Below, piece after piece: positions 55,139 through 64,000 of a DNA stretch of 64,000 bases (within the stretch, counting starts at the first letter, position 1; each line of letters begins with the position of its first letter). The stretch lies in NCBI GenBank assembly GCA_015999765.1, contig JAECQR010000010.1:3048-67047 (forward strand), given 5' to 3'. Position numbers and translations under genes: made by a program. The stretch comes from Flavobacteriia bacterium (GTDB taxonomy: Bacteria > Bacteroidota > Bacteroidia > Flavobacteriales > Weeksellaceae). The notes beneath the pieces are model-generated. The model did not search any database. It had not been told where the DNA came from and saw only the letters and a program-made list of their open reading frames with translations.

Positions 55139-56001
55139 TGAACCGATTACTTTCCTTTTTTGTATTTTTTCTTTTTGCCAATGGCTTTGCGCAGCAGACA
55201 GATTTTTTAAAGATCGGCAAATACAGGGTTTCATATCTGAGCGATTCCTTGAAAGAAAATTCAGGGCTCAGTTTGCGAAAGGGTAAATTGTATACCATGA
55301 ATGATGGCGGTAATTCCTCTGAAATTTTTGAAATCGACAAATCCTCAGGTAAAATTTTAAAAACCATTGAAACCGGACTCACAAACATTGATTGGGAAGC
55401 CATCGCAAGTGATTCGCTGTATTTTTACATCGGCGATTTCGGAAATAATGCCGGAACCCGCAAAGACCTTAAAATTTATAAAATTCCGTACGATAATACT
55501 GCTGCATCAAAGGAAATTCCTTTCTTTTATCCGCAGCAGCAGGACTTCAGCAGAAAAATCATCAGTAACGATTTCGATGCTGAGGCAATGATTGTTTTAA
55601 ACGGAAAGATCCACGTCTTTACAAAAGAATGGGTATCGAAATCGACCACGCATTACGTACTGAATCCGGACCTTGCTGACAATCAGGCTGCAGAAAAAAC
55701 CGAAAGTTTCAGAACAGGATTTGTGGTCACCGACGCGGCTTACTTTGATGGAAAGCTTTATTTAATTGGTTACACAAAAAATACTGAGGTTTTTCTTTCG
55801 GTGTTTAGTGAATCCGAACCCGGTGTTTTCTTCAGCCTACAACCAAAAAAATATTACCTCGGTTCCTCGTTAAGCGTTGGCCAGATCGAAGGAATTGCTG
55901 TGGATGAAAGCGGTGTTTATATTTCCGGCGAAGAATTCCGCACACCTTTGGGAACAGCAAAACAGGCTTTCTATTTTATTCCGGCAGATAAAATCCGCTA
56001 A
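55138..56001 (+). CDS. Exported beta-propeller-like hypothetical protein
   Basis: Signal peptide; ENSGL, NDGG, DWEAI, YIGDFGNN, DAEA, QIEGI. Confidence 0.8.
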   Translation: MNRLLSFFVFFLFANGFAQQTDFLKIGKYRVSYLSDSLKENSGLSLRKGKLYTMNDGGNSSEIFEIDKSSGKILKTIETGLTNIDWEAIASDSLYFYIGDFGNNAGTRKDLKIYKIPYDNTAASKEIPFFYPQQQDFSRKIISNDFDAEAMIVLNGKIHVFTKEWVSKSTTHYVLNPDLADNQAAEKTESFRTGFVVTDAAYFDGKLYLIGYTKNTEVFLSVFSESEPGVFFSLQPKKYYLGSSLSVGQIEGIAVDESGVYISGEEFRTPLGTAKQAFYFIPADKIR

Positions 56002-56090
56002 GTATTTCAATCTGTAATAAACTTCGATTCTCCGGCAAATTTTAATTATATTTGTCGGTATTTAACTTTCAACATCTTTATTCATAGTAC

Positions 56091-57068
56091 GTGGCGAATA
56101 CCGTAGAAGAAATCAAAAAACCCATTTCCGGTGAAATGAAACTTTTCGAACAGAAGTTTTATGAATCCATGCAGAGCAACGTACCGCTTTTAGATAAAGT
56201 AACGCGGTTTATTGTTACAACCAAAGGCAAGCAGATGCGGCCTATGTTTGTTTTTCTATGTGCAAAACTCGTGGGTGAAGTGAACGAAAAAACGTTCCGC
56301 GGCGCATCGATGATTGAGCTTATTCACACTGCGACCTTGGTGCATGATGATGTAGTGGATGAGAGTTTTAAAAGACGTAATTTCTTCTCCATCAACGCTT
56401 TGTGGAAAAATAAAATTGCGGTTCTGGTAGGCGACTATCTGCTTTCTAAAGCCGTTCTGCTTTCAACAGATCATAAGGATTTTGATCTTCTTGCTGTAAT
56501 TTCCCGTACGATACGCGAAATGGCGGAAGGGGAGTTGCTTCAACTTGAAAAAGCCCGCAAACTTGATATTACTGAAGAAGTTTACTACGAAATTATACGC
56601 CAGAAAACAGCGACCTTAATTGCGGCGTGCTGCGAAATTGGCGTCGTATCCAACAGTGTAGATGACGCAATGGCCAAGAAAATGATGGAATTCGGTACGC
56701 TTACCGGAATGGCTTTTCAGATCAAAGACGATCTTTTCGATTATCTTACATCAAACATCATCGGTAAACCTGTAGGGATCGACATTAAGGAGCAGAAAAT
56801 GACGCTTCCACTCATACACACTTTGAAAACCGCAAGCGAGGCCGACAGAAAACATTATTTCAACACAATCAAACGGTATAATAATGATACCAAACGCGTC
56901 AAAGAACTGATTGCTTTTGTGAAAAGTTCAGGTGGACTGGATTACGCAATTTCTGTGATGAAAGATTACCAGCAGCGTGCGAAAAATATTCTAGATGATT
57001 TCCCTGATTCCGAAGCCAGACATTCGCTGAACCTGATGCTGGATTACGTGATCGAAAGAAAATTCTAA
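56091..57068 (+). CDS. Polyprenyl diphosphate synthase
   Basis: GKQMRP, LVHDDVVDES..RR (FARM), FQIKDDLFD (SARM); GTG start. Confidence 0.95.
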   Translation: MANTVEEIKKPISGEMKLFEQKFYESMQSNVPLLDKVTRFIVTTKGKQMRPMFVFLCAKLVGEVNEKTFRGASMIELIHTATLVHDDVVDESFKRRNFFSINALWKNKIAVLVGDYLLSKAVLLSTDHKDFDLLAVISRTIREMAEGELLQLEKARKLDITEEVYYEIIRQKTATLIAACCEIGVVSNSVDDAMAKKMMEFGTLTGMAFQIKDDLFDYLTSNIIGKPVGIDIKEQKMTLPLIHTLKTASEADRKHYFNTIKRYNNDTKRVKELIAFVKSSGGLDYAISVMKDYQQRAKNILDDFPDSEARHSLNLMLDYVIERKF

Positions 57069-57070
57069 AC

Positions 57071-57796
57071 TTATTCCAGGATTTTTTTCAGATAAAGCGC
57101 ATTCTTCAAAGCCGCTGTTCCCCACGTATTGTTGAAGAATATAAATACATCCTGTTTGGCTTTTTTAATTTCCTTTGCCAGTTTCTTTAATTCCTCTTCC
57201 GAATATTCAGATTTGAAAAGGACAGGCACACCGTGAAGTCTGTAATAAACCGATTTACTGTTGTTGATGATAAAATCATCAGGAATATTTTTCGGGAAAC
57301 TCACACCGGAAAACACAATGTTTCTCTTTTTTAAGGTTTCAAAAATTTCATCATTCCACCATGATCCATGGCGGAATTCAACAACATTTAGAAACCGGGA
57401 ATCTGCAGTTGCAATTAGCTGTTCCAGATGTTCTTCACTGTAATGAAAACTCGGCGGCATCTGAAAAAGAAATCCAGCCAGCTTTTCCTGTATTCCCTGA
57501 TGGATATGATTGCAGAAATCAGCAGTTTCTTCGGCAGTTTCTTTTAACCGCTTGATATGTGTGATTGTTTTCGGAATCTTGATGAATAATTTAAAATCTT
57601 CACCTGTCCTTTCATGCCAGTTGGCAAGCGTTTGGGGCCGCGGTCTCCGGTAAAAAGTGGAATTTATTTCGACCGTATTAAATTGCGTAGCGTAAAAGTT
57701 GAGCTGTTCTTTGGACGGAAGTTCTTCCGGAAAGAAAAAGCCTTTCCAGTCGCGGTTTGAAAATCCGGAACAGCCAATATAAATTTTATTCTTCAT
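57071..57796 (-). CDS. DUF72 domain protein
   Basis: IGCSGF...W, FNTVEINSTFY, LFQMPPSF, EFRHGSW, YYRLHG, FFNN. Confidence 0.93.
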   Translation of the reverse strand: MKNKIYIGCSGFSNRDWKGFFFPEELPSKEQLNFYATQFNTVEINSTFYRRPRPQTLANWHERTGEDFKLFIKIPKTITHIKRLKETAEETADFCNHIHQGIQEKLAGFLFQMPPSFHYSEEHLEQLIATADSRFLNVVEFRHGSWWNDEIFETLKKRNIVFSGVSFPKNIPDDFIINNSKSVYYRLHGVPVLFKSEYSEEELKKLAKEIKKAKQDVFIFFNNTWGTAALKNALYLKKILE

Positions 57797-58388
57797 ATTT
57801 AATAAGACCTTCTGTCAGCGATTTCCACTGGAATTTGCTTCCGGCAATCATTCCGCCAACCGCTACCAGACTGTTCCGGATTTTTTCAATAATGGTGAGA
57901 TCTTCGGTATTCGGTACTTCATTTCTGCCATGAACTTCCGCGGAAATTTTATTTCCCTCTCTTTTAATGAGGAAATTCGAAGTTGCCTTCGGATCGAAAA
58001 AATGCGCGGTTGTTTCGTCGGGTTTTGTGGGATCAGACGTTGGTCTGACTCTGATGTATACACACTCTGTGTTGTCTGAATATTCTTCTTCAAATTTTTC
58101 CACCTGCACCCAGTCATAACCGTCACCAGTGGGGTTATGAAGCCCCGGAACTTTAATTCTGAAATAATCACCGACTTTCGGTGGATCCAGTGATAATTCA
58201 CCTTGTTTGTCACGAAGAGAAAATTCCGCCTTTTCGGTACCTGCAAAAAGTTCCCAGGAATTTACATCAAGGAAGCGCCTTTTTACCGTATCGAAATGCT
58301 GTGTTGCAATTTGAACGGAATCCAGTTCAATTTCCGAAATGGTGTCGCTTTTGGCACCGGTTTTCTGTTGCGGAATTTTTTCTTTCAT
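57786..58388 (-). CDS. Conserved hypothetical protein (stress-cluster associated)
   Basis: 200-aa ORF overlapping the DUF72 start; GDYFRIKVPG, GYDWV, HFF, VHGRNE. Confidence 0.8.
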   Translation of the reverse strand: MKEKIPQQKTGAKSDTISEIELDSVQIATQHFDTVKRRFLDVNSWELFAGTEKAEFSLRDKQGELSLDPPKVGDYFRIKVPGLHNPTGDGYDWVQVEKFEEEYSDNTECVYIRVRPTSDPTKPDETTAHFFDPKATSNFLIKREGNKISAEVHGRNEVPNTEDLTIIEKIRNSLVAVGGMIAGSKFQWKSLTEGLIKYEE

Positions 58389-58408
58389 TGTGAGTGGTTT
58401 AATGAATT

Positions 58409-58945
58409 TTACTTGGCAAATTCTTCAATAATTCGTTGGTTGAAAGCAGGTAAATCTTCCGGTTTTCTGCTCGTCGTAAGATTTCCGTCAGTAACAACTT
58501 CTTCATCAACCCAATTAGCGCCGGCATTCTGCAGGTCTTTGGATATCGCTTTAAATGAAGTCATTTTAACCCCGCTCACAACTTCAGCATTAATTAAAGT
58601 TTGTGGACCGTGACAGATGGCTGCAACAGGTTTCTGAGAAGTGAAAAACTCTTTTACGAAAGCTACAGCATCTTTGTCAGCACGCACCGCATCTGGGTTT
58701 AATACGCCGCCAGGAAGTAGGAGCGCATCGTAGTCAGAAACCTGTGCATCGGACACAATTTTATCAACAGCCACAGAATTGCTCCATTCGTGGTCTTTCA
58801 TCGCTTTGATTTCTCCTGATTTCAGAGAGATGATTTCTACTGTAGCACCTTCTTTTTTCAGGGCTTCTACCGGACTTTCAAGCTCTGACTGTTCATAACC
58901 GTCCGCAGCAAGAACCGCAATTTTCTTATTATTTAAATTTGACAT
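58409..58945 (-). CDS. pfpI: PfpI/DJ-1 family type 1 glutamine amidotransferase-like protein
   Basis: DGYEQSEL, LLPGG, AAICHGP, WVDEEVV, TSRKPEDL. Confidence 0.93.
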   Translation of the reverse strand: MSNLNNKKIAVLAADGYEQSELESPVEALKKEGATVEIISLKSGEIKAMKDHEWSNSVAVDKIVSDAQVSDYDALLLPGGVLNPDAVRADKDAVAFVKEFFTSQKPVAAICHGPQTLINAEVVSGVKMTSFKAISKDLQNAGANWVDEEVVTDGNLTTSRKPEDLPAFNQRIIEEFAK

Positions 58946-58965
58946 GTTTTTTATATTAATGGGTT

Positions 58966-58991
58966 AAAAAAAGGCAACAATATATGTTGCC
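58966..58991 (-). terminator. Terminator-like hairpin between DUF892 and pfpI
   Basis: GGCAACA-ATATA-TGTTGCC with a U tract on the minus strand. Confidence 0.55.
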
Positions 58992-59017
58992 CGGGATGAA
59001 TAAATAACTTTTAAAAG

Positions 59018-59551
59018 TTATTTTGCTTTCAGATTGATTTCAGACTTTGCCAGTTTGGTTAAATCTTTATCTGTGGTTTTTTCCTCATTTAAAGTTTGAA
59101 GCATCAGATTAAGAACTTCTTTCTGGCCGAGTAATTTTGCATAAGTTGCAATGGTACCGTAAGAGGCGATTTCATAATGTTCAACTTTTTGTGCTGCTGC
59201 AATAATTGCTGCATCGCGCACTGCGCCCGGTTCAGTTTCTTCCAGAATGCCTTCAGCTTCTTTAATGAGACCGTCCATCGCGTCGCATTTTACGGCTTCG
59301 GGTTTAAGTTTTAGAGCTTTAAAGGCATCTTCAAGTCTTTTAACCTGATTTTTTGTTTCTGCCAAATGTCCGTTCACCGCATCTTTCAGTTTTTTGGAAG
59401 TTGCATTTTTCGCCATTTTCGGAAGATTTTTCACTAATGCTTTTTCAGCCCAGTAAAGGTCTTTCATTCCGTCGACCATAAAATCCTTAAGTTTGTCTGC
59501 CGCGTCTGCTTTAGGAGCGACCTTACCGCCTGTAGTGGTTTTCTTTGCCAT
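59018..59551 (-). CDS. Ferritin-like DUF892 (YciE/YciF) protein, second paralog
   Basis: MKDLYWAEKAL, AAQKVEHYEIASYG, TLNEEK.TD. Confidence 0.93.
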   Translation of the reverse strand: MAKKTTTGGKVAPKADAADKLKDFMVDGMKDLYWAEKALVKNLPKMAKNATSKKLKDAVNGHLAETKNQVKRLEDAFKALKLKPEAVKCDAMDGLIKEAEGILEETEPGAVRDAAIIAAAQKVEHYEIASYGTIATYAKLLGQKEVLNLMLQTLNEEKTTDKDLTKLAKSEINLKAK

Positions 59552-59637
59552 AATACTATATTTTAATGTTTGGTTTCGATTTAATTCCGTTGAATCTTTA
59601 ATCTTTACCTCATAAAAATGATGGCTCCGAATAAAGA

Positions 59638-62163
59638 TCAGCTTTTGGGAATGTTTAAATTTACCCTGTTTAACCTCAGCGAATTCAGGATTACAGACAC
59701 CGAGCTGAAACTCATTGCTGCGGCTGCAATCATCGGACTGAGGAGAATTCCGAAGAACGGATACAGTAATCCTGCAGCAAGCGGAATGCCAAACACGTTA
59801 TAAATAAATGCGAAAAAAAGATTCTGTTTAATGTTTTTGAGCAGATTTTCGCTTAAAATCTTGGCTTTAGCGACTCCTAAAATGTCGCCTTTCAGCAGCG
59901 TAATTTCAGAGCTTTCAATCGCCACATCGGTTCCGGTACCCATCGCAATCCCTACGTTAGACTGGGCAAGCGCAGGTGCATCGTTGATTCCGTCACCGGT
60001 CATCGCCACGATATTTCCTGCTGCCTGAAGCCTCTTGATTTCTTCCAGTTTGTCCTGTGGAAGTTGGCCCGCAAAATATTTTTTGATTCCAAGGGATTGG
60101 GCAACGGCTTTTGCGGTATGTTCATTGTCGCCGGTCATCATTATCACTTCCACATTATTTTTCTGAAGATATTCGATTGCCTGCTTTGAAGTTGTTTTAA
60201 TTCGATCTGAAAAGCTCAGAAATCCAAGTGCTTGATCTCCCGCCGAGAGATAAGATACCGTTTTTGCTTCATCCTGTTTTTGTGTGACTCTATTTTTAAG
60301 TTCTTCAGGAATGCTGATGCTGAACTGATTCAGCAACGCTTCATTTCCAAGAAGGACAGTGGCTCCATTGATGATTCCTTTAATACCTTTTCCGGAAATA
60401 TTCTCGAAGTCTTCCACTTTTTCAAACTCAGAATTCGCTTTTTTAAATTCATGTAAAACCGCGCTTGATAAGGGATGTTCTGAATTCTGATTCAGTGCTG
60501 CCGCCAATTTCAGGATTTCGTTTTTATCAGCATTTTCTGTCATGGAGATTTCATCCAGACTTGGTTTTCCTTCGGTCAAAGTTCCAGTTTTATCTGTAAT
60601 CAGAATATTGACTTTCTGCATCTGTTCCAGCGCTTCAGCGTTTTTAATGAGTATTCCGTTTTTGGCGCCTTTACCGATTCCTACCATCAGACTCATCGGC
60701 GTGGCAAGACCCAAAGCACATGGACAGGCAATTATGAGCACTGCAACCGCATTGATAAAAGCAAAAACCAGCCGGTTTTCACCGCCTAAAATATACCATA
60801 GAATAAAAGTAATTACTGCCGCAACAATTACTGTTGGGACAAAAATTTTCGAGACCTTGTCTGCAAGTTTCTGGATTGGTGCTCTGCTTCTGCTGGCCTC
60901 ATTTACCATTTTTATAATCTGGGAAAGCAGGGTTTGGTCGCCCACCTTTTCCGCTTTCATGATGAAAACACCATTGCCGTTGATGGTTCCGGAAGTGACG
61001 TAATCATCCGTTTTCTTCTCCACTGGAATCGGTTCGCCGGTGATCATACTTTCATCGATACTGGAGTTTCCTTCGGTTATTTTACCGTCCACGGGAATTT
61101 TTTCGCCCGGTTTTACGCGTAACAGATCCCCAATTTTCACTTCGGAAAGTGAAACTGTTTCTTCTTTTCCGTCAGTGATTAAATGAGCTTCATCCGGTGA
61201 AAGATTCATGAGTTCTTTAATTGCATTTCCGGTTCTTTTATGTGCGCCGGCTTCCATCAACTGTCCTAAAATCACCAAGGTGAGTATCACACTCACGGCT
61301 TCAAAATAGAGTGGAATCTTTCCGACGTGAACCATCTCATGAGGAAAGATTTGCGGAAAGAACAGCGCGGCAATACTGAAAAGAAATGCAGCCGCAACAC
61401 CCAGCGCAATAAGTGAAAACATATTCAGATTCCACGTTTTAAAGGATATCCAGCCGCGTTTCATTAAAAACCAGCCGGCATAAAACAGTACCGGAAGCGT
61501 TAAGACCAATTCTAGAATTCCCCGGACCTCATGCGAAAACGGGAAGGTAAAAAACATACCGCCCATGGAAAGTATGAAGACCGGAACCGTGAAGACCAGC
61601 GCCGTAATAAACTTCTTTTTAAGAATATTAAAGTTTTCATCTTCGCCGTCATTGTCCTTCCCCGGAATCTGTACGAGATCCATTCCGCAGACGGGGCAGC
61701 CTACATTTGAATCATAAACTTTGTCGCCTTCACAAAACATTGGACAGTAATATTTTCCCGCCTGGCTGTCAGAATGTTCAGGCACATCATGGGAATGTAT
61801 GTGTGAATGTACCTGATGCGAAGCGTTATTGATTAAATCCTCTGTAATTTCGTCAAGATGCATGTGGCAAACGGGGCAACCGGTATCAGAATCATAGGTT
61901 TTGTCACTTTCGCAGAACATCGGGCAGAAATATTCGCCAACTTTATCTTTAAAGTTTTCGGGGAGATTTGTTTTGGAGAAAGTCGCGGGCTTATTTTTGT
62001 AATCTTCTCTTTCCTCGATGGGAACCAGGAACATATTGCAGACCGGGCATCGTTTCCCGGGTGTGAAATATACTTTTTCCCCCTCGCATTCCATGGGGCA
62101 GTAATACACGGAGCTGGGCGATATTTTTTCTGAAGGATGAGTATGATGATTTTCCATATGCAA
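59638..62163 (-). CDS. copA: Copper-translocating P1B-type ATPase with three N-terminal Cys-rich heavy-metal-binding domains
   Basis: YxCPMxCExxKxY...CPVCxMxL three times; TGE; [12 protein letters not shown]; DKTGT; SEHP; GDGINDAP; YN and MSFSS Cu motifs. Confidence 0.92.
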   Translation of the reverse strand: MHMENHHTHPSEKISPSSVYYCPMECEGEKVYFTPGKRCPVCNMFLVPIEEREDYKNKPATFSKTNLPENFKDKVGEYFCPMFCESDKTYDSDTGCPVCHMHLDEITEDLINNASHQVHSHIHSHDVPEHSDSQAGKYYCPMFCEGDKVYDSNVGCPVCGMDLVQIPGKDNDGEDENFNILKKKFITALVFTVPVFILSMGGMFFTFPFSHEVRGILELVLTLPVLFYAGWFLMKRGWISFKTWNLNMFSLIALGVAAAFLFSIAALFFPQIFPHEMVHVGKIPLYFEAVSVILTLVILGQLMEAGAHKRTGNAIKELMNLSPDEAHLITDGKEETVSLSEVKIGDLLRVKPGEKIPVDGKITEGNSSIDESMITGEPIPVEKKTDDYVTSGTINGNGVFIMKAEKVGDQTLLSQIIKMVNEASRSRAPIQKLADKVSKIFVPTVIVAAVITFILWYILGGENRLVFAFINAVAVLIIACPCALGLATPMSLMVGIGKGAKNGILIKNAEALEQMQKVNILITDKTGTLTEGKPSLDEISMTENADKNEILKLAAALNQNSEHPLSSAVLHEFKKANSEFEKVEDFENISGKGIKGIINGATVLLGNEALLNQFSISIPEELKNRVTQKQDEAKTVSYLSAGDQALGFLSFSDRIKTTSKQAIEYLQKNNVEVIMMTGDNEHTAKAVAQSLGIKKYFAGQLPQDKLEEIKRLQAAGNIVAMTGDGINDAPALAQSNVGIAMGTGTDVAIESSEITLLKGDILGVAKAKILSENLLKNIKQNLFFAFIYNVFGIPLAAGLLYPFFGILLSPMIAAAAMSFSSVSVILNSLRLNRVNLNIPKS

Positions 62164-62233
62164 ATTTTATTGTTCAAATTTCTTAAAATGAAACCTAACA
62201 CTGTTATAAATATAGGGAAGAATCTTATACAAT

Positions 62234-62794
62234 TCAGATTTTATCGAGGGGGATACGGTTTTTTACTTTTAGTTTTTTAAATCCGGAAGGGGTAAATCCC
62301 GTTACATTTTTAAATTGCGAAGATAAATGCTGAACACTTTTATAGCCGAGTTTGCCGGATATCTCGGTTAAAGAGAATTCATCATACAACAACATCTCTT
62401 TTACTCTTTCAATCTTCTGCAGAATAAAATACTGCTCCAGCGTCACGTTTTCTTTCTGTGAAAACAGTTTTGAAACTGCACTGTAATCGCGGTTCAGTTT
62501 TTCCGAGATCCATTTAGAAAGGATGAAGTCTTCGGGAATATCCAGACCATCGACGAGTATAATTACCTCATTTTTCACTTTCTCAATGAGCTGCTGAGCG
62601 GAATCTTCTAAAATCTGAAAACCCGATTCCCTTAAAGATTCGTCCAGTTTACGAAGTTCAGTGGAATTTAAATCCTCAGCGGTCTCAACTTCCCCAAGCG
62701 CAACGGTAGTGATTTCGAGGTTTAAATCCTTAAAGACTTTTTCCACCGCAGCGATGCAGCGGTTACAAACCATGTTTTTGATATAAAGTTTCAT
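62234..62794 (-). CDS. AraC family regulator with N-terminal HMA (CxxC) domain
   Basis: MKLYIKNMVCNRC; C-terminal SLTEISGKLGYKSVQHLSSQFKNVTGFTPS. Confidence 0.9.
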   Translation of the reverse strand: MKLYIKNMVCNRCIAAVEKVFKDLNLEITTVALGEVETAEDLNSTELRKLDESLRESGFQILEDSAQQLIEKVKNEVIILVDGLDIPEDFILSKWISEKLNRDYSAVSKLFSQKENVTLEQYFILQKIERVKEMLLYDEFSLTEISGKLGYKSVQHLSSQFKNVTGFTPSGFKKLKVKNRIPLDKI

Positions 62795-63186
62795 TCGATG
62801 CTTTTCAGCCGGTCAGCAATGAATTCGATCTTTGTTTTTCCGTGTTTCGTCGGTTTTCCTTCATCATCTACACCTACGAAAATAATTTTATCAATGGTGA
62901 TAATGGTTTGGCGGGTCATCATATTTCTCACGTCGCAGGTTAAAGTGATCGAGGTGTTACCGAAATCTGTCGCTTCAATACCTATTTCAATAATATCGCC
63001 CTGTTTTGCAGAGCTGATAAAGTTGATCTCAGAAATATATTTGGTTACACATCGGGGTGTTTCAAGCTGAACGATGGCGTACAGAGCGGCTTCTTCATCA
63101 ATCCACTGCAACAGTCGTCCGCCGAAAAGTGTATGATTGGGATTTAAATCTTCAGGTTTAATCCATTTTCTGGTATGATAGTTCAT
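62791..63186 (-). CDS. Acyl-CoA thioesterase (hotdog fold)
   Basis: PEDLNPNHTLFGGRLLQWIDE, INF, GNTSI, FVGVD..GKP. Confidence 0.92.
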   Translation of the reverse strand: MNYHTRKWIKPEDLNPNHTLFGGRLLQWIDEEAALYAIVQLETPRCVTKYISEINFISSAKQGDIIEIGIEATDFGNTSITLTCDVRNMMTRQTIITIDKIIFVGVDDEGKPTKHGKTKIEFIADRLKSIE

Positions 63187-63207
63187 CTTTATAAATTTTA
63201 TGTTAAA

Positions 63208-63966
63208 TTATCTGGTGAAAACCAGTTTTGTTTTGGTAGAAAGTTTTTCATCAATACGGTAGCCTTCAAGATTGAAGCCTTTCACTTCATTCAGTGTTTT
63301 TGCCTGGATTTCAGCGCAGTAGCGCACCACTAAACCGCGAGCATGTTTGGTGTATACAACGACGGTTTTTGGCTTTCCTTCTTTCAGTTCATAGAATTCA
63401 AAATCGATAACGGGAGCTTTCAGCTGCGTTTTATCTAGGACTTTGAAATATTCATTGCTGGCAAGATTCAGGATAAGGTCTTTCGATTTCAGTTCGCTGT
63501 TAAGCTGTTCCGTAATCTTTTCGCGCCAGAACTCGTAGAGATTTTTGTAGTGGTCGAATTTAAAATTCCTGCCCATTTCCAGACGGTAAAGCATCACTTT
63601 ATCGGAAGGTTTCAATAAACCATACAACCCGGAAAGAATCCGGTAATTCTTCTGAAGATAATTGACTGCTTTTTTATCCAGCGTTTTCGCATCTAATCCA
63701 CGGTATACTTCACCGGTAAAGGCAAACATAGCGGGTGCCGACTCTTTTGTTTTTGGTTTTGCGTTCCATTTCTGGTTTCTCTGCCAGTTTTCATCGGCGA
63801 GTCTGCTGGAAATTTCCATTAAATCAGCCAGATATTTCGGTGTTTTTTCTTTTAAATGGGAGTGAATAAATGTCGCTTCCTCAATAAATCCCGGAGTAGT
63901 AGACTTCAGAAATTCCGTAGAATTTTCAATATTCATGAGTTTGGCGGGGGAAGTAATAATTTTCAT
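63208..63966 (-). CDS. yaaA: Peroxide stress protein YaaA (DUF328)
   Basis: ITSPAK, FTGEVY, ILSGLYG, YRLEMG, NLASNEY, KHARG. Confidence 0.95.
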   Translation of the reverse strand: MKIITSPAKLMNIENSTEFLKSTTPGFIEEATFIHSHLKEKTPKYLADLMEISSRLADENWQRNQKWNAKPKTKESAPAMFAFTGEVYRGLDAKTLDKKAVNYLQKNYRILSGLYGLLKPSDKVMLYRLEMGRNFKFDHYKNLYEFWREKITEQLNSELKSKDLILNLASNEYFKVLDKTQLKAPVIDFEFYELKEGKPKTVVVYTKHARGLVVRYCAEIQAKTLNEVKGFNLEGYRIDEKLSTKTKLVFTR

Positions 63967-64000
63967 AAGGTGGATGTTCGGAAGGATGAGTTCAAAACTC

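Noticed and set aside
58977-58992. GGCAAC...TTG as a sigma-54 site for pfpI
   Set aside because: Spacing is off by one, and the sequence is the arm of a terminator-like hairpin.

Overview
A 64 kb chromosomal window from a Bacteroidota genome, most likely Weeksellaceae (Chryseobacterium/Kaistella-like). This is inferred from T9SS C-terminal domains, TAnnTTTG promoters and gene families. About 60 genes are supported. 1-6 kb: two T9SS cargo genes sharing an upstream motif, plus accessory genes. 6.2-10.6 kb: an arsR-DUF6428-arsC-arsA-acr3 operon with no arsD. 10.7-16.1 kb: Lrp with a plant-type methionine gamma-lyase, and a stand-alone MnmA-like domain coupled to a secreted endonuclease I. 16.1-28.3 kb: a general-stress island (CinA, FAD/Rieske oxidoreductase, SDR, Zn-ADH, a decayed PAS kinase/DUF6766 pair, a GT-glf-glycoside hydrolase-cytidylyltransferase cassette, DUF892 and an acidic/RGG disordered protein). 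28.7-38.3 kb: an HNH-like pair, dedA, tRNA-Leu(CAG), slyD, topB and a YeeE/YedE pair. 38.4-45.6 kb: Ku-LigD-topoisomerase IB with a divergent xth. 45.6-57 kb: peptidases, queA, rlmN and a polyprenyl synthase. 57-64 kb: a second stress cluster (DUF72, PfpI, DUF892), CopA with an HMA-AraC regulator, and yaaA. No integrase, transposase, CRISPR array or recognisable defence system was seen. The strongest novel lead is a sigma-54-like motif (GG-N8-TTG, best copies TGGCAC-N5-TTG) upstream of the scattered stress/NHEJ genes, while housekeeping genes carry TAnnTTTG. Other leads are an A10 tract in ligD where either slip frees the phosphoesterase domain, the galactofuranose cassette, and DUF6428 as a candidate ArsD substitute. 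All family assignments come from motif recognition, not database searches.
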